Source: Rhizophagus irregularis
Lineage: Eukaryota
NCBI RefSeq assembly: GCF_026210795.1
Contig: NC_089436.1
Span: 1,612,001 to 1,676,000 of the forward strand
DNA length: 64,000 bases
Direction: 5' to 3'
In this document: one piece after another, positions 13,518 to 25,699 of the stretch
How positions within the stretch are numbered: position 1 is the first letter of the stretch
Layout: each line of letters begins with the position of its first letter
Notes under the pieces: generated by a model
What the model saw: only the letters and a program-made list of their open reading frames with translations
Database searches by the model: none
Told to the model about the DNA's origin: nothing
Made by a program: the position numbers and the translations under genes

Positions 13518-15045
13518 AACTAGATAGCATTATAGCAGAACTGGATAACACTCTTATAAGAGTGTTATCCAGTAAAAGGAACATTAATTACGTTCCCTTA
13601 AATAAAAAATAAAAAAAAACTTAAAAAAAAGGAACGAACTTACCATAGTTCGTTCATTTTTTTAAATTCTGATCGTGTTGTTAGGCTTCGTTCATTCAGG
13701 CTTCCTACTAAAAAAGAAGGTAACCGTTAATTACATTCTTTCAAGTAAAAATAACAAAAAAAAAGAAACGAACTTACCTAGTTTGTTCTTTTAAATCTTA
13801 GTCATCTGGTTTCGTCCATTCGTCCAGGAAAAGGTTTTTTAAAAAAAAAATTTTTTTTTTTATTTAAAAAAAAATTTGATCTGAATCTGTTCAAATCAAA
13901 TCAGATTTTCTTGTGTTATAATCTGATCTGATCTGAAATTGAACAGATCAGAATTTTGAAAATTAAACCAGATCTGATTCAGATCAAATCTGTAGATTCA
14001 GATCAGATCAGATATTTTTCAGAGCACTATAAGTAACTATATAGCCAAATTTGTATAATGTTACTGCACAAAGGCTTTTGCTTAAGCAAAACTATTTCTA
14101 ATGGTTAAAAGTGGTTAATTTGACTTAGAAAGTAGTCGATTTGGCCTATTGAATGAAAATTCATAATTATTATCTACTTCAAGGCCAAATTGACCATTTT
14201 CAAGAGTGACAATCATGATGTAATATTAAAAGAATAAAAAAAATTCAATTTTACATAAAAACTATGATTATCCAAATTGTGACATCCCAAATGTCATGAT
14301 TTTTATGTATATAATATCGATTAGAATTGATTAATCGAAACCAAAAATTGAATTTTTAAATTGAATCTTGAGATTTGATTAATCGAGATTAGTTAATTCT
14401 ATAATCGATTCTTAAAATTAGAATCAATTCCTATTCCTAATCCATGCAAGTATTTTTTTTTCTATCCTGAAAGACAAATATATTGTAAAATATTTATAAT
14501 TAAATCAAACGCATTTCATCTTTCTTGAACTGTAATTTCAGTTGTTTATAAAATAAACTTAATATGTGTAAAATTAAGTTCAATTAACATAGATATATCA
14601 CTTTGCAGTTTTTTTTCTATATAAACTCATTTTTCTGAAGGTTTTCTTAATAATACCTAAATATCTCCTCTAACTGGTAATATGTAATTATATTGTAAAA
14701 CTAGCAACAATCTGTAAGTAATATCTTTACAATTTTATCTGAAACAATTATTTTTACTTCTTTAAGTATGTATACAATAAAGAAACCTATTATACAATAT
14801 GATTTGAATACAAAATTGAGTGGAAAGTATCATTTTATATATTAATAAAAAGTTGTGGTTGATCTATTGGTAAAATACAGCTGATCTAATGGTTAATTTT
14901 AATGATCTATTTTTAAATCACATGATTAAATTTAACCAATCAAATTAATAAAATATGTATTATTCAACTATCCTTTATTTATCTAATAGAAAGGAGGAGT
15001 TATGTTAAATAAAGCTTTGAATTTGAGCGGCCTTATTTTCTAATT

Positions 15046-15240
15046 TTATAACTCTAGTTTTAAGTTCAAGATTTTTAACCATAATTTTATTGTTCTTAGC
15101 CTTAATTTTATCATTTTTGAACTTAAGCCTAGTATATATATTTTTAATGAATCAGTCACTTTAAAACTATATATCCCAGATTGCATATTTACATAATATA
15201 GTAATATTAGTATATTAATAATCAAAAATAAAAAATTCAT
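15046..15240 (-). pseudogene. Degenerate copy of the MQS(E/D)ID coiled-coil gene family
   Basis: MQSGIY...TDSLKIYI and its upstream DNA (tagtaatattagtatattaataatcaaaaataaaaa) resemble 62560-62740. Confidence 0.45.
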
Positions 15241-16239
15241 GTAATTTTTTCTTACAGCCCATCAGTGAAATTTAACAAGATGCAGATATTTAAACTTCAA
15301 AATCTGTAATGTTCTGCAATACCGCAAATTGTAATTATTCTGCAATTGTCTATTTGCGGCACCATTCTTATCCATGCATGCTATCATGTTTTTTGGTAAA
15401 TCATTTATCACTATATTTAATCATGGTACTAGTATTTCACAAACATATGATCCTTTATTATTGATTTCTTCTTTTTTATATATGTTTTGTATTTTGGCGA
15501 TTTTTAAATCTTGAACTTATAATTATTTATTAGTTAATGAGTAAAGTAAAAAATTATATAAATGAATTTCACAAGAATTGCTTACCAGTTACTTACATTG
15601 ATTCTAACATTCGTTTTGTTAGATTTTGCAATTTTTCAGACTTGTCTAACCATTCTCCATAATTAATATTATCCAAAATCTCGTTTATATTAATTTTTAA
15701 TTTTTTGTTTTGGATAAATTCTTTACAAGTTTCCATTATATTATAATTCTGTTCTAACTTATATTTTTGAAATGGTTTTTTAAAAATATCAGAAACTGAC
15801 CTAGGCATATTTATAAAGGATTTTAACTTGATATTTAGAAACCTGAACAAATCAAATAATTGAATTCAAGATTCTCCACATTTATAGTATTTCTTTAAGT
15901 TCCGTTTCTATTCTCTTCTATATGGTTTTTTCATAATTAGCACTTTCAGTTATACACCATTCAACATCATGCTTTAAAACTGTAAATTTGTATTTGCATC
16001 TTCATATCAAACTTTAGTATTGATTAATAATGCTTCTATTTCTGAGAGTGAATAAAAATCTTTGAATGCTATTGTAATTTAAAATATATTTAAAATTAGT
16101 TTCAGAACTCATTTGACAATTAATTTAATTTTACATCACAGAATTAGATTAGGTTTCCATTTTTATAAAGTCTTAAATGTCAGCAAAAAATATTTGATAT
16201 GTAGCTATATATTAATATATAGTATAAAACTAGTTACTA

Positions 16240-16782
16240 TAGTTGGGGACACAACAAATCATCAAGTTGTTTCAAATTGAGATTTTAAAAAATCACGTGA
16301 TATACATAATACTAATTTGCGATTAGTTAAAAATCAAACCATATCGGGAAATGTTTTACTTTATTAATCATCAATATTTTCAAAAATAAAATCTGGAACA
16401 AATTTTTCACTGCTTTTTTTCTTTTTTTAGCTATTTTTTAACAGTGTTGTGCTTGTCTCTTTAGTCGTACCATGGGAAAAAATTTTATGATCTGCATTAC
16501 CTCTCAGCCAGTCATAGTTCTGGCCTAAATTATAGAATTTTGTCAAATTCTGGCCAGAATTAGATGTTTCAAATCCTACCGTTTATTAAGAAAATACCAA
16601 ACTTTACAGGCTAATAACTTTTGATCTAGATCACCAATCAGGATAATCTCAACGTCATTTTGTAGTTTAAGTTAGTAACAATTAAACTATGTTGAGTTAT
16701 TTTAAATATATGCATCCAAAATATTTTTATTAAATTTCTAATTTAGACAATTTTATTTGATGAATTGTTGTGTCCCAAACCG
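16240..16782. mobile_element. Tc1/mariner-type MITE
   Basis: TIR tagttggggacacaacaaatcatcaa / ttgatgaattgttgtgtcccaaaccg, flanked by TA on both sides. Confidence 0.6.
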
Positions 16783-19026
16783 TACTGTGTAAGAAGTAAT
16801 AATATTACAACGAACATCAACCCTTTATTAGTGATAATACTATATTAGAAAACCTAAAAAAAACATATTATTATATCTATATATTTACCATGAAAATAGT
16901 TTATTGCCTTACTCATTTAACTAATTATTTAAACTTTGAAGTTTTTCTTTGCTTAATATTTTTTGAGGGAACTTGTTTTAAGATTCTTTCAAAATATTCT
17001 CAAAATTCTCCATCTCTTTTTTGAAAATATCTGTTCATTTACCTTCTTTTACTCGTACAAATAATACCATAGAAATTCTGATAATATTGAGAGATTCTCT
17101 TATTAAAAGAAACTTTTCCATATTTTAATAGAATAAGAAGTTAAATATTAGTAAAAATTTTGCCAAGTGAAGTAAAAAAAAAATAATATACAGTAAATTT
17201 TAATACCTTTTTGTTATACTGTCTCTATTCATGTTTCTAATTTGCATTAATGTTAAGGGAAGAAATAGGAAAAATATGCAAGGCAGTTTATACCAAAATT
17301 TTGTATTAGAGAATAAGAGCTTGTGAAATATACATTAAAGATCTTAACATTTAAAAAGATATTGGAAATAATGCATATACTTTTTTTTGCTTATTTGATT
17401 ACTTATTATTAATAAAATCTGATATATATATAGATATTATTCTACTCAGAATATAATAAAAATTTTTCATCCTTTAGCTGGAGACAATCAAATATACATA
17501 CTATTTTACTAAAATTATTTGGCTAAATATTATTAGAAAAAAAGTTTGAAATATTTTTGGAGATCAATTTCTTATATATAAAAATTAATTGTTGTACAAG
17601 CAAGTTACATAAATTTATAGCTGTTTTGATGGTGATATCACTTATTACATCATATATATTTTAATGAAAATCAAAAATATACTAATTTATGTCACATACA
17701 CCTACATATATCATAATAAATTTTGAGTTATACAATAATATTTAATATTATAATGCAATTCAAATACTTCTGTATGATATTTCTTAACTTCTATCCATTT
17801 ACTAGGAGAATAATAAACATATTTCTTATATAGTAAGATTACTTTAATTGGATTAATTATTCCAATATATTCTGAGTAACTTTTTTTAAATAAAGCATAA
17901 AACTTATCGCAAGCTATATCATATTTTTTTTTAAGTATACCTAAAATTTCTTTTTATCAGAAGTACCATCATTTCTCATCACCTCTTAAACTTATTTATC
18001 AAAAATTCAGATTTCTTCTTATAATTCCTATAAGTTTGCTGGATAACAGTTGCATAAAAATTTTTAAAACTATATTGATAGTAGTATTTAGGAATTAAAA
18101 ATCCTCAAGATTGCTTCATTAATCTTTCTAAACTCTTCAAAAAAATAGTTCATTATAGATTAAAGGATTTAATCCAAAATAGGCAGATTATATATAGCAT
18201 CTTTGGCCAATTTTTCACAGGCAATCATCCATATAAATTATATAGTGCAAAAAATAAATAAAATATTTTTTTAAAATCATTTAGTTAAACTAGTTAAACA
18301 ATTGTGACTTTTGTCCCATCTTTCAATCTTAACACAATACCTTTTGGTTAATTAAGATAATTTAAAAATAATAGTAATAAGTTATTTTATTTTGCATACA
18401 AATATGAGATAAATATTTTGCATCCATTTAGTATAGTTCAATACACTAGAAAAACGGAAACTGTTGAAGGTCCGTCGCTTAATACGTTTACATACATATA
18501 TAAATAGTTACACAAAATGTGTTGCTAAAAATAAAGCATTACAAAAAATGTGTTACAAAACATAAAAGGAAATAAGCAGGGGTTAAATTATAGTGACGTA
18601 GGTGGAAGGAAGGAAAAATACATGAGTTAAACCAGTACTGCAAATTTATCTAGTTCTGTACAATAAATAGTTCTTCGCTACGCTCTGGACAATAATGAGA
18701 GATTGGTAAAACCATTTTTTGCTCAGTATCTGTTGATCTGTTGATCTGTAAACATTTTTCAGCCAATTTTTGCTAGAATAATCTATCAGCTAATTGACGC
18801 TTCTTATAATTTGACCATCTTTTGAAATCATAAAAATTTTCTGATGAGATGTATTTAAAATGATATCCTTCTTAAATAAAAACTTCTAATTGCACGCTGT
18901 TATTCCTAGTTACGTGTAGAGTTACAACTTACTACGCCAAAAGATCATGTGAAAAATTAGGATCTACTGTGCCCAACTGTGCCAAGCCGACCTAGCCGCA
19001 GCCTATTTAGCCTATTATTTCTATTA

Positions 19027-19223
19027 CAATCGACCCCCTATATAGTCACCCCCTGTATAATCACAACATATAAAATTCCCCTTTATAAGCACACCATATT
19101 TTGGTCTAATGTACCAATAAATATATTAGAAAAACCTTTTCTATAGTCACAACATATGACTTTTTTTATAATCACACCCTTTTTTTTCAGTCCCGAGGGT
19201 GTGACTATAAAGGGGGCTGACTG
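19027..19223. mobile_element. Tc1/pogo-type MITE
   Basis: TIR caatcgaccccctatatagtcac / gtgactataaagggggctgactg, TA TSD. Confidence 0.7.
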
Positions 19224-19486
19224 TATATTTATTATATTAATTATATTTAATATAAACGATATAATTGTTTTATTTATTATATTTAATTTATTTATTATAT
19301 TTATTATATTAGTTATATTTCTTATATTTCTTATATTTATTCATCAGGAAATTTGTTTAGGCGTAATTTAGTGTAATATTTCGAAGGTGGTGTAAAATTT
19401 TGAAATATTACACTAAAACGTAATATTACAAAGTTTACGCTCTTAAATTTAAATAATTATAGTAATTTAAAAATATCTCACTATCT

Positions 19487-19714
19487 ACTGATCCAATCAA
19501 GACGATCTATAGCTCATTGGAATCAGCTCATCAAGACGAATCAAATGGTAGTAAAATCGCATCTTTACATTTGATAGATGGCTTTCTATTAATTTAAAAC
19601 TTTATTGTATACTATAGAGCGTTCTATCAACTGTAGAAATGCGATTTTACTACCATTCGATTCGTCTTGATAAGCTGATTCCAATGAGCTATAGATCGTC
19701 TTGATTGGATCAGT
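19487..19714. repeat. ~95-bp inverted repeat with ~37-bp spacer
   Basis: actgatccaatcaagacgatctatagctcattggaatcagct...agtaaaatcgcat is mirrored at 19619-19714. Confidence 0.85.
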
Positions 19715-19936
19715 TAAGGTTGCTTGCCAAAACCTCTCCAAAATCCTGCGATAAATTTCGGCAAGATTTTACTATATGTTTACTATAGTTTCGGCAGGGT
19801 TTCGGCAGTTTCGGCAAATGGGGGTTTCGGCATTTCGGCAAAGTTTCGGCAGGATTTTTAATATGATTTAATATAGTTTCGGCATTTTCCGTATAGGTTT
19901 CAGCAGTTATTAAGAAGGTTTCGGCAAGCAACCTTA
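19715..19936. mobile_element. hAT-type MITE, same TAAGGTTGC family as 12367-12563
   Basis: TIR TAAGGTTGCTTGCC / GGCAAGCAACCTTA, internal TTTCGGCA repeats; TSD not recovered. Confidence 0.65.
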
Positions 19937-20618
19937 CTTGTAGTTAATATAATTCTAGCCAGAATTATGCTTTAATTTTACATTTCCTAAAATGAATGAT
20001 GACATAGGGGTCAAAAATCCTAAAATTTAAATTACATCATTTCTGGCCATCCCCTAACGAAATAGTGATTTATAATGGTTTTATTGATTTATAGCGTTTT
20101 TAGTGAATTCTAGTAATTATTTAGCAACTTTGCTAGATAATATCATCATTCAAATTTATAGCTCCTTCAGAGCGCTCCATAGGAGCTACGGATTTACTGA
20201 TTAGCGATTTTATCGATTTGTAGCCAATTTAGTAAGACTACATACTGTTAAACCCAAATTCATTTTTATTCGATTGTTCGGGTGAAAAGCAGATTCATAA
20301 TTTTTTCTGAATGTTATCCCTAGTTCCTCGAAAGTTCTAGGAGAGTTCCAGGAGCTGGCGAGTTTCTATAAATCACGAGATGATCGGCCAATCAGATTTT
20401 GTGCGCGCAGTAACTAAGTCACCATCATTAATTGGAAAAAAAGAAGAGATTGACTCCTATGTTCTCTCAAAATGTGAATGTAATTAATGTATGGCCGTGG
20501 TTTGGGAGAAAAATATAATTAGTTTTTTTTGAGTGATGGACTCGTGATTTGCATTGGTTAAAAAATCAGCCGAAGAAGCTTTATTAATTATTTTAATATG
20601 CGTAACGATAATCATGCT

Positions 20619-21653
20619 TTACAATACTATATATAAAAAAAGTCCTGAATTCCGAGAAGCAGTCATCATGGCTTGATCTAGGAAATTCGTCATCACGTGT
20701 TCCCACTTAATTTTGTTATTCTTCCTAACCTGAGTCGCAACATATTTGATATTATCATCACTTAAATTTGAAATAGATGTTGCTGAAAACGTTTTTATTC
20801 GTTGAATGAGCGTCATCCGTTGGATTTTATCACCACTAATACGAAAAAAAAGATCATAAACCTTCCTCGACCTTCCGACTTCTTTCAGATAGCATTCTTG
20901 GAAACCTCTTTGGGAAGCTGATCTTTAACTTCATTGTAGACTTTCTTTGTGGCCTCGTGGTCTTCATCCGTTTTCTATAGCGAACAAGGCGCTTCTCTAA
21001 CTCTTCTCCCAAGAGGTAGTATGCAATAATCAGTTCGTGACGTGCGTTTTCGTTCCGCTCTTCAGCATTGGAAATTTTTAGATATAGTTCAAAAAAAGTT
21101 CGGTCGCCTTCAACTTCTCGTGCGGATTCCCTATAGAGCCCTTTCTTTTCCTTGATTTTAGAAAGTGGAGTAGTATCGGAAGATACTGTAGCTCCTGGAT
21201 AAGCCTTTTTAAAACGTTGAGTTCCTCTGGTAGAACATGTTTCTTATATTTCTTGCTAGATGAAGAATCCGTAATTTCGTTAGCCCGCTTTTTGTTTTTA
21301 CTACTAGAGGGAGTGGATCGGGTTGTGTTTCTACTTCCTCCTGACTGAGAGTCTCGTCTAGTATCCGCACCTTCAATAATATCTACACCTCTCTTTCAAT
21401 CGGGAAATGGACATACTCCCGTTTCAGCATGTAAAAGCTTTTTCTCGATACAAAGCCTGTGAAACGCATGCCCGCAACCGAGTAAAGTTAACGCCTTAAA
21501 AGGAAACGAAAGAATCTCGTTACCACATTCAGTGCATTTCCTTAGTTCCGGAAATTCATTATCTCCAACGGCCTTATCTTCGAGACTTTTAAGGACATTA
21601 TAAGCAAAGATCCTGAGGTTGGTTAGAGATGATGATTTGTCAGAACTCGACAT
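20619..21653 (-). pseudogene. RING-finger protein with C-terminal helical domain, disrupted
   Basis: CTEC...CGHAFHRLC...CPFPD RING pattern ending in a premature TGA; downstream frames continue as LYLKISNAEE...RSRKVYDLF...IQRIKTFSATSISNLSDDNI. Confidence 0.7.
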
Positions 21654-21856
21654 ATTCTTCGGCAAGAATTTTTCCGGAACATTTCAGGTGGAATACCGCA
21701 GTCTCTTTTGGATAAGCCACCCACGTGATTCGAAAAAATAACCTATACGATAATTCAGTCTATGCTAGTATGCAATTCACCAGTTCACGTGGATTTAAAA
21801 ATTAAAAATAAAAATAGTATGCAATTCACCCAATAATTCTCCTGCCTTTAGCGCTT

Positions 21857-23333
21857 TCAGCAGGCGGTTACCGGAGAGATAATAGAACTCATCATTGGGG
21901 ATCCTCTCCTTTCGTATCTTCCGTCACGATAGTAATAACCTCTATCACATTCATCATATTCATTATATCCACCATATCCATTATATCCATCATCGTCCGA
22001 ATCGTCTGGCATCTCTTCTTCAGAATCACTGTTGCGATTACAGTTACTATCATCGTCTGTCTTAACTGATTGCGAAACAACTTCTTCATTCGTTTCTTTC
22101 ACCGACTTAGGTGTAGAATCGAAATACACAATCCTTCGCACAATCTTCCAAGAGCATTTTGTAGTAATCGTCCTCAGCTTCGAGCGAATTGCTTGGGCTG
22201 ACTTCTTTGAAATCATCAGAAGAATTAAAGATATGGGCTAATGGGATAGGTGCAGTTGATTCCTTTGGAGGCAAGATCTCCAATACATTAATCTGATCGG
22301 GTTCCTCTAGGACCTCGTTATCTTGTTCTACGTCCTCGGAATCATCAGTGAAATGATTTTCGGTAAAGTGATCTATGACTCTTTGAATTTCTTCATTGGT
22401 AAATTTTGAAATACTGTTCGCACTGTATGATTTGATATGTTTGATCTTATCTAATCCTATTTTTTTCAGTTAACTTGTAAATCTTCCTAGCTCTTTCAAT
22501 TTTCTTATATAGAGCGGGACGTTTAGTGTCGGGATTCTGCGCAAGTATGAAATCATAAATTAGTCCTTTGGCTTTTTTCATACCTACTCTATCTCTAGCC
22601 ATGATTTCATTAATGCTTTTATCAAATGCTATAATAAAATTATTCCAGCATAAAATTTCCGACTGATTAGCTTTTATCGATACATCTTCTGCATCACAAG
22701 CTTTTTCATATAAGTTAGCTATATTTTGTAGGATATCCGATTTTCCCTGACCCGAGGTCAACGAAATTTCAGTTACTTGAGATATGGAGTCATGCGAAGT
22801 ACCTCTCGGCTGATTCTGGATAGATGCGTTACAGCTGATACTAGTAGATATTTCTTTAATCAAGTCTTCACAAGCCAAAGCGCCCTACTCGTTCTTTCGC
22901 TCATAGCAGTTAGATGTAGTATTCTGGGAAATCGAGGGCGTCTCCTGGATAGCTGATTCTCGCAGAAGTTTCTTCTCTTTATTGCGTTTCCTATTTTCGT
23001 CTTTTCTTATGCACCTCATTTAAGAAAGCATCCGTCTCTCTTTCTTCCAACGTCTTAGTTTCTGTGCGAATAGGTTGACATATGTCGGAGTTCTAGAACT
23101 AGTACTAGCTAAAGATTGTTTGATTTCCTTGATATCATCATCTAATTTAGCAATAAGGGTGGTCTTTTCTTTATCTCTCTGTTCTAGGTTTGTGAATCTG
23201 GCTTCGTGTTCTTCCAAAGCATGCTTTAACTTCACATTCTCAGCCTTAACTTCAGCATTCTCCTTCTTAAGTCAGTAATCTCGGCTAGGAGCTTCGAGTT
23301 TATTTCTCTCAACGAATCAATATCAGATTGCAT
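21857..23333 (-). pseudogene. MQSDID coiled-coil + helical-domain protein, frameshifted
   Basis: ATG at 23333 (MQSDIDSLREINSKLLAEI), ORF pieces 23020-23235, 22447-22878 (KKIERARKIYKLTEK...KSYSANSISKF) and 21857-22216 (acidic, GY-rich tail). Confidence 0.65.
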
Positions 23334-24272
23334 GTTTGATAATATTTTTTATACAAGATGGAATAATTCTAAAGTTCGAGTTAGTATAGTAATAGATAGA
23401 AAACGAGGTAATATCCTCATCGGAATTACTGATTTATTGATGTAAAAAATAAGTTATACACAAACTTGTTTTACAAAGTGAGATAAAGTTCTATGCTATA
23501 CTTTTTTTTCGTCTAAACTATCCATATTAGCACATTGTCACTCCAGCCCGGATACACAATATTTCTATACAAGTGACTACTATTATTTCTTGAAAATTTC
23601 ATCTGGAGGTCAATCTTTTATTAAAAAACATAGAAGCTTCAAATGCTATGTGACGCAGGGAGAAAGTACAGCTGGCGTTGAAGCGTACCATCCTGGTCGA
23701 CACTGGGGGTCATTAGCAGACAGACTTCCAAATGAAGGGTAATAACGTCTCTGCCCATCCAAGATGAATAACAATGAGGGTTTTTTCCTGACCTTCAACT
23801 TAATACCTAGCAGATGCTTGTGCAGGGATTGTGTTTTAAAAACGTCCGCAGAATACAAGCGAGTAACACTGAGGGTTTTTTCCGCTCGAGTAAACCAGCT
23901 GTGCTTTGGAGAAACTAAAACCAGTGTACATAAATTCTTCTGTTATAAAAAAATCTATTCTATATTCTAATTCAATAATTTTCATCATCTTATCTTAAAA
24001 ATAATATTTCGCCCTTTTAAGTAATTATGATATCATACAAATCACTCAAGGAGCTGTATATGTACCTCCTAGGTGATACAAATAAGACTCCTTTTTTAAT
24101 AACGTAAATCAATAAGTATATAAATCATATCATTTTTAAAAACTGATTTAATAAACGATCAAAATGGTTGGTAATGAACAAGAAAATACTGAAGAAGATG
24201 AAGAAAAAATCAATAAAGAAGATAAACAAGAAGGTAGCGAAAGAATTGGTGGTAAGAAAAGGATATATTTTT

Positions 24273-24578
24273 ACGCAGTGGATAACATGGCACCATAATA
24301 TACATATTAAACAAATTTGTATCTTAGAAGAAAGCTGTAAAATATTATGGTTATATTTTTACACATTCAATCCATTTATTTTTGACTTGGATGATGGTGA
24401 CCCACCCCCACCATCATTACCATTCGTTAAAAATGAAATTGGACTTGATTGTTTTTCTTGTTTTTCATAAATTGGTGTACTACTACCTGAATTTGTAACG
24501 CAGTGGATAACATGGCACCATAATATACATATTAAACAAATTTGTATCTTAGAAGAAAGCTGTAAAATATTATGGTTA
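24273..24578. repeat. 81-bp direct repeat pair (24273-24353, 24498-24578)
   Basis: acgcagtggataacatggcaccataat...atattatggtta occurs twice, 144 bp apart. Confidence 0.85.
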
Positions 24579-25699
24579 AGTTGAATATTTTATCGCAATA
24601 TTTGGAGTTTTTCTACGTTATACTATACAATCACCATCAAAAGCGAATGTACATTTATCAGCAAGAATAGTTTTTTGTAAAAAGTGATTTTGTACAGTAT
24701 AAAATGATTGACATCTCTCTCACATTAATTTATTTTTTAGGATATTGAAATAATGAACGGTGAACTCAAAGATCGAATTGATACCGTAAAAGGAATGATC
24801 AACCTAATTGACAGTAAAACAAGAATCTTGATAACAAATTCGATAAGAAATTTGATAACAAAATCGAAATTCTTGATAAGAAATTCGAATTTAAGTTTCT
24901 CTCCTCTTTAAATGAGGATGATATAGTATTTGAGATTGTTGTCTGTCCTCCTCTTCAAAATGTGGACACCCTGGCAATATTGTGATCGTAGTGGTTCATC
25001 CTCATAAGGATATTGCAATCGAAATGGTTTGCAATCACGTTCAAATTCAGGCGATGTTCTCCATGACAAGATTAGCAGTTAGGTAAAAGGTTTAATACCT
25101 TTGACGACTAAGACGAATTTGACGCAATACAAACGATAGTCGGAGGTGCAAACAATGCATGGGTTGTGAATGGTATAAACATCCGGCTGAAAAGAAAATG
25201 TTCTTATTAGTGTTCTTAATCGAGTCAATCAAACTCGATTAATTGACCCATATTAGCAGCTTAGTTATGATCGATCACATGTAGTCAATAGTAGTTTTTT
25301 ATTTTCTAATGTAATTGATTCTTCTGCTATTGCTGGTTGCTCTAGTTCAACTAGTTCAACTGGTTCTCCTGATGCTTCAACACTTGATCTAGTTTAGTTA
25401 GGCAATAGTGAATCCATTTTAATGTGAAAAAAAGATTATTTGATAATCTTTTGATTTTTATAGAACACACCAAGAAATTATTAACGAAAAATTAATAAAT
25501 AATAATCATGACAGTTTATTTCATGTAATTATCTGATGCGATATTTTGTAGAACCATCAGTAAAACCAATTCTATATAAATTCTAAGTAAAATATATCTT
25601 GCGTAGGAACCGGTTGCAAAAATCAGAATATAAGGGTAACTACACTGACCATATCTTTTGGGGCTGAATTTTCACGTAAAAAATCTTTGTAGTAGAATT

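Larger units (their letters stand above)
8653..13573. mobile_element. Polinton/Maverick-like element, 4.9-kb polymerase-less degenerate copy with palindromic ends
   Basis: ~71-bp TIR (8653-8723 / 13503-13573) starting with the 34-bp palindrome ACTGGATAACACTCTTATAAGAGTGTTATCCAGT; flanks GAAAGG/AAAAGG (5-6-bp TSD); contains integrase, ATPase and nuclease pseudogenes; left subterminal region is similar to 47570-48420. Confidence 0.85.
6458..14029. mobile_element. hAT-type non-autonomous element (second level of nest)
   Basis: Termini TAGTGCT...AGCACTA; 8-bp TSD TAAGTAGC (6450-6457) / TAAGTAAC (14030-14037); dense GATCT/TCAGA subterminal repeats at both ends. Confidence 0.75.
5830..14439. mobile_element. 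hAT-type DNA transposon (outermost element of the nest), no intact transposase seen
   Basis: Imperfect TIR TAGGGATTGGAATTAATTCT / AGAATCAATTCCTATTCCTA; perfect 8-bp TSD ATCCATGC at 5822-5829 and 14440-14447; subterminal ATCGATT/TTAATCG repeats at both ends. Confidence 0.8.

Noticed and set aside
15350..18350. Transposase-like remnants including ORF 15593-15850
   Set aside because: Too degraded to assign a family or boundaries.
23646..23970. Two overlapping ~70-aa ORFs in a less AT-rich patch
   Set aside because: No recognisable domain; cannot decide strand or whether it is coding.
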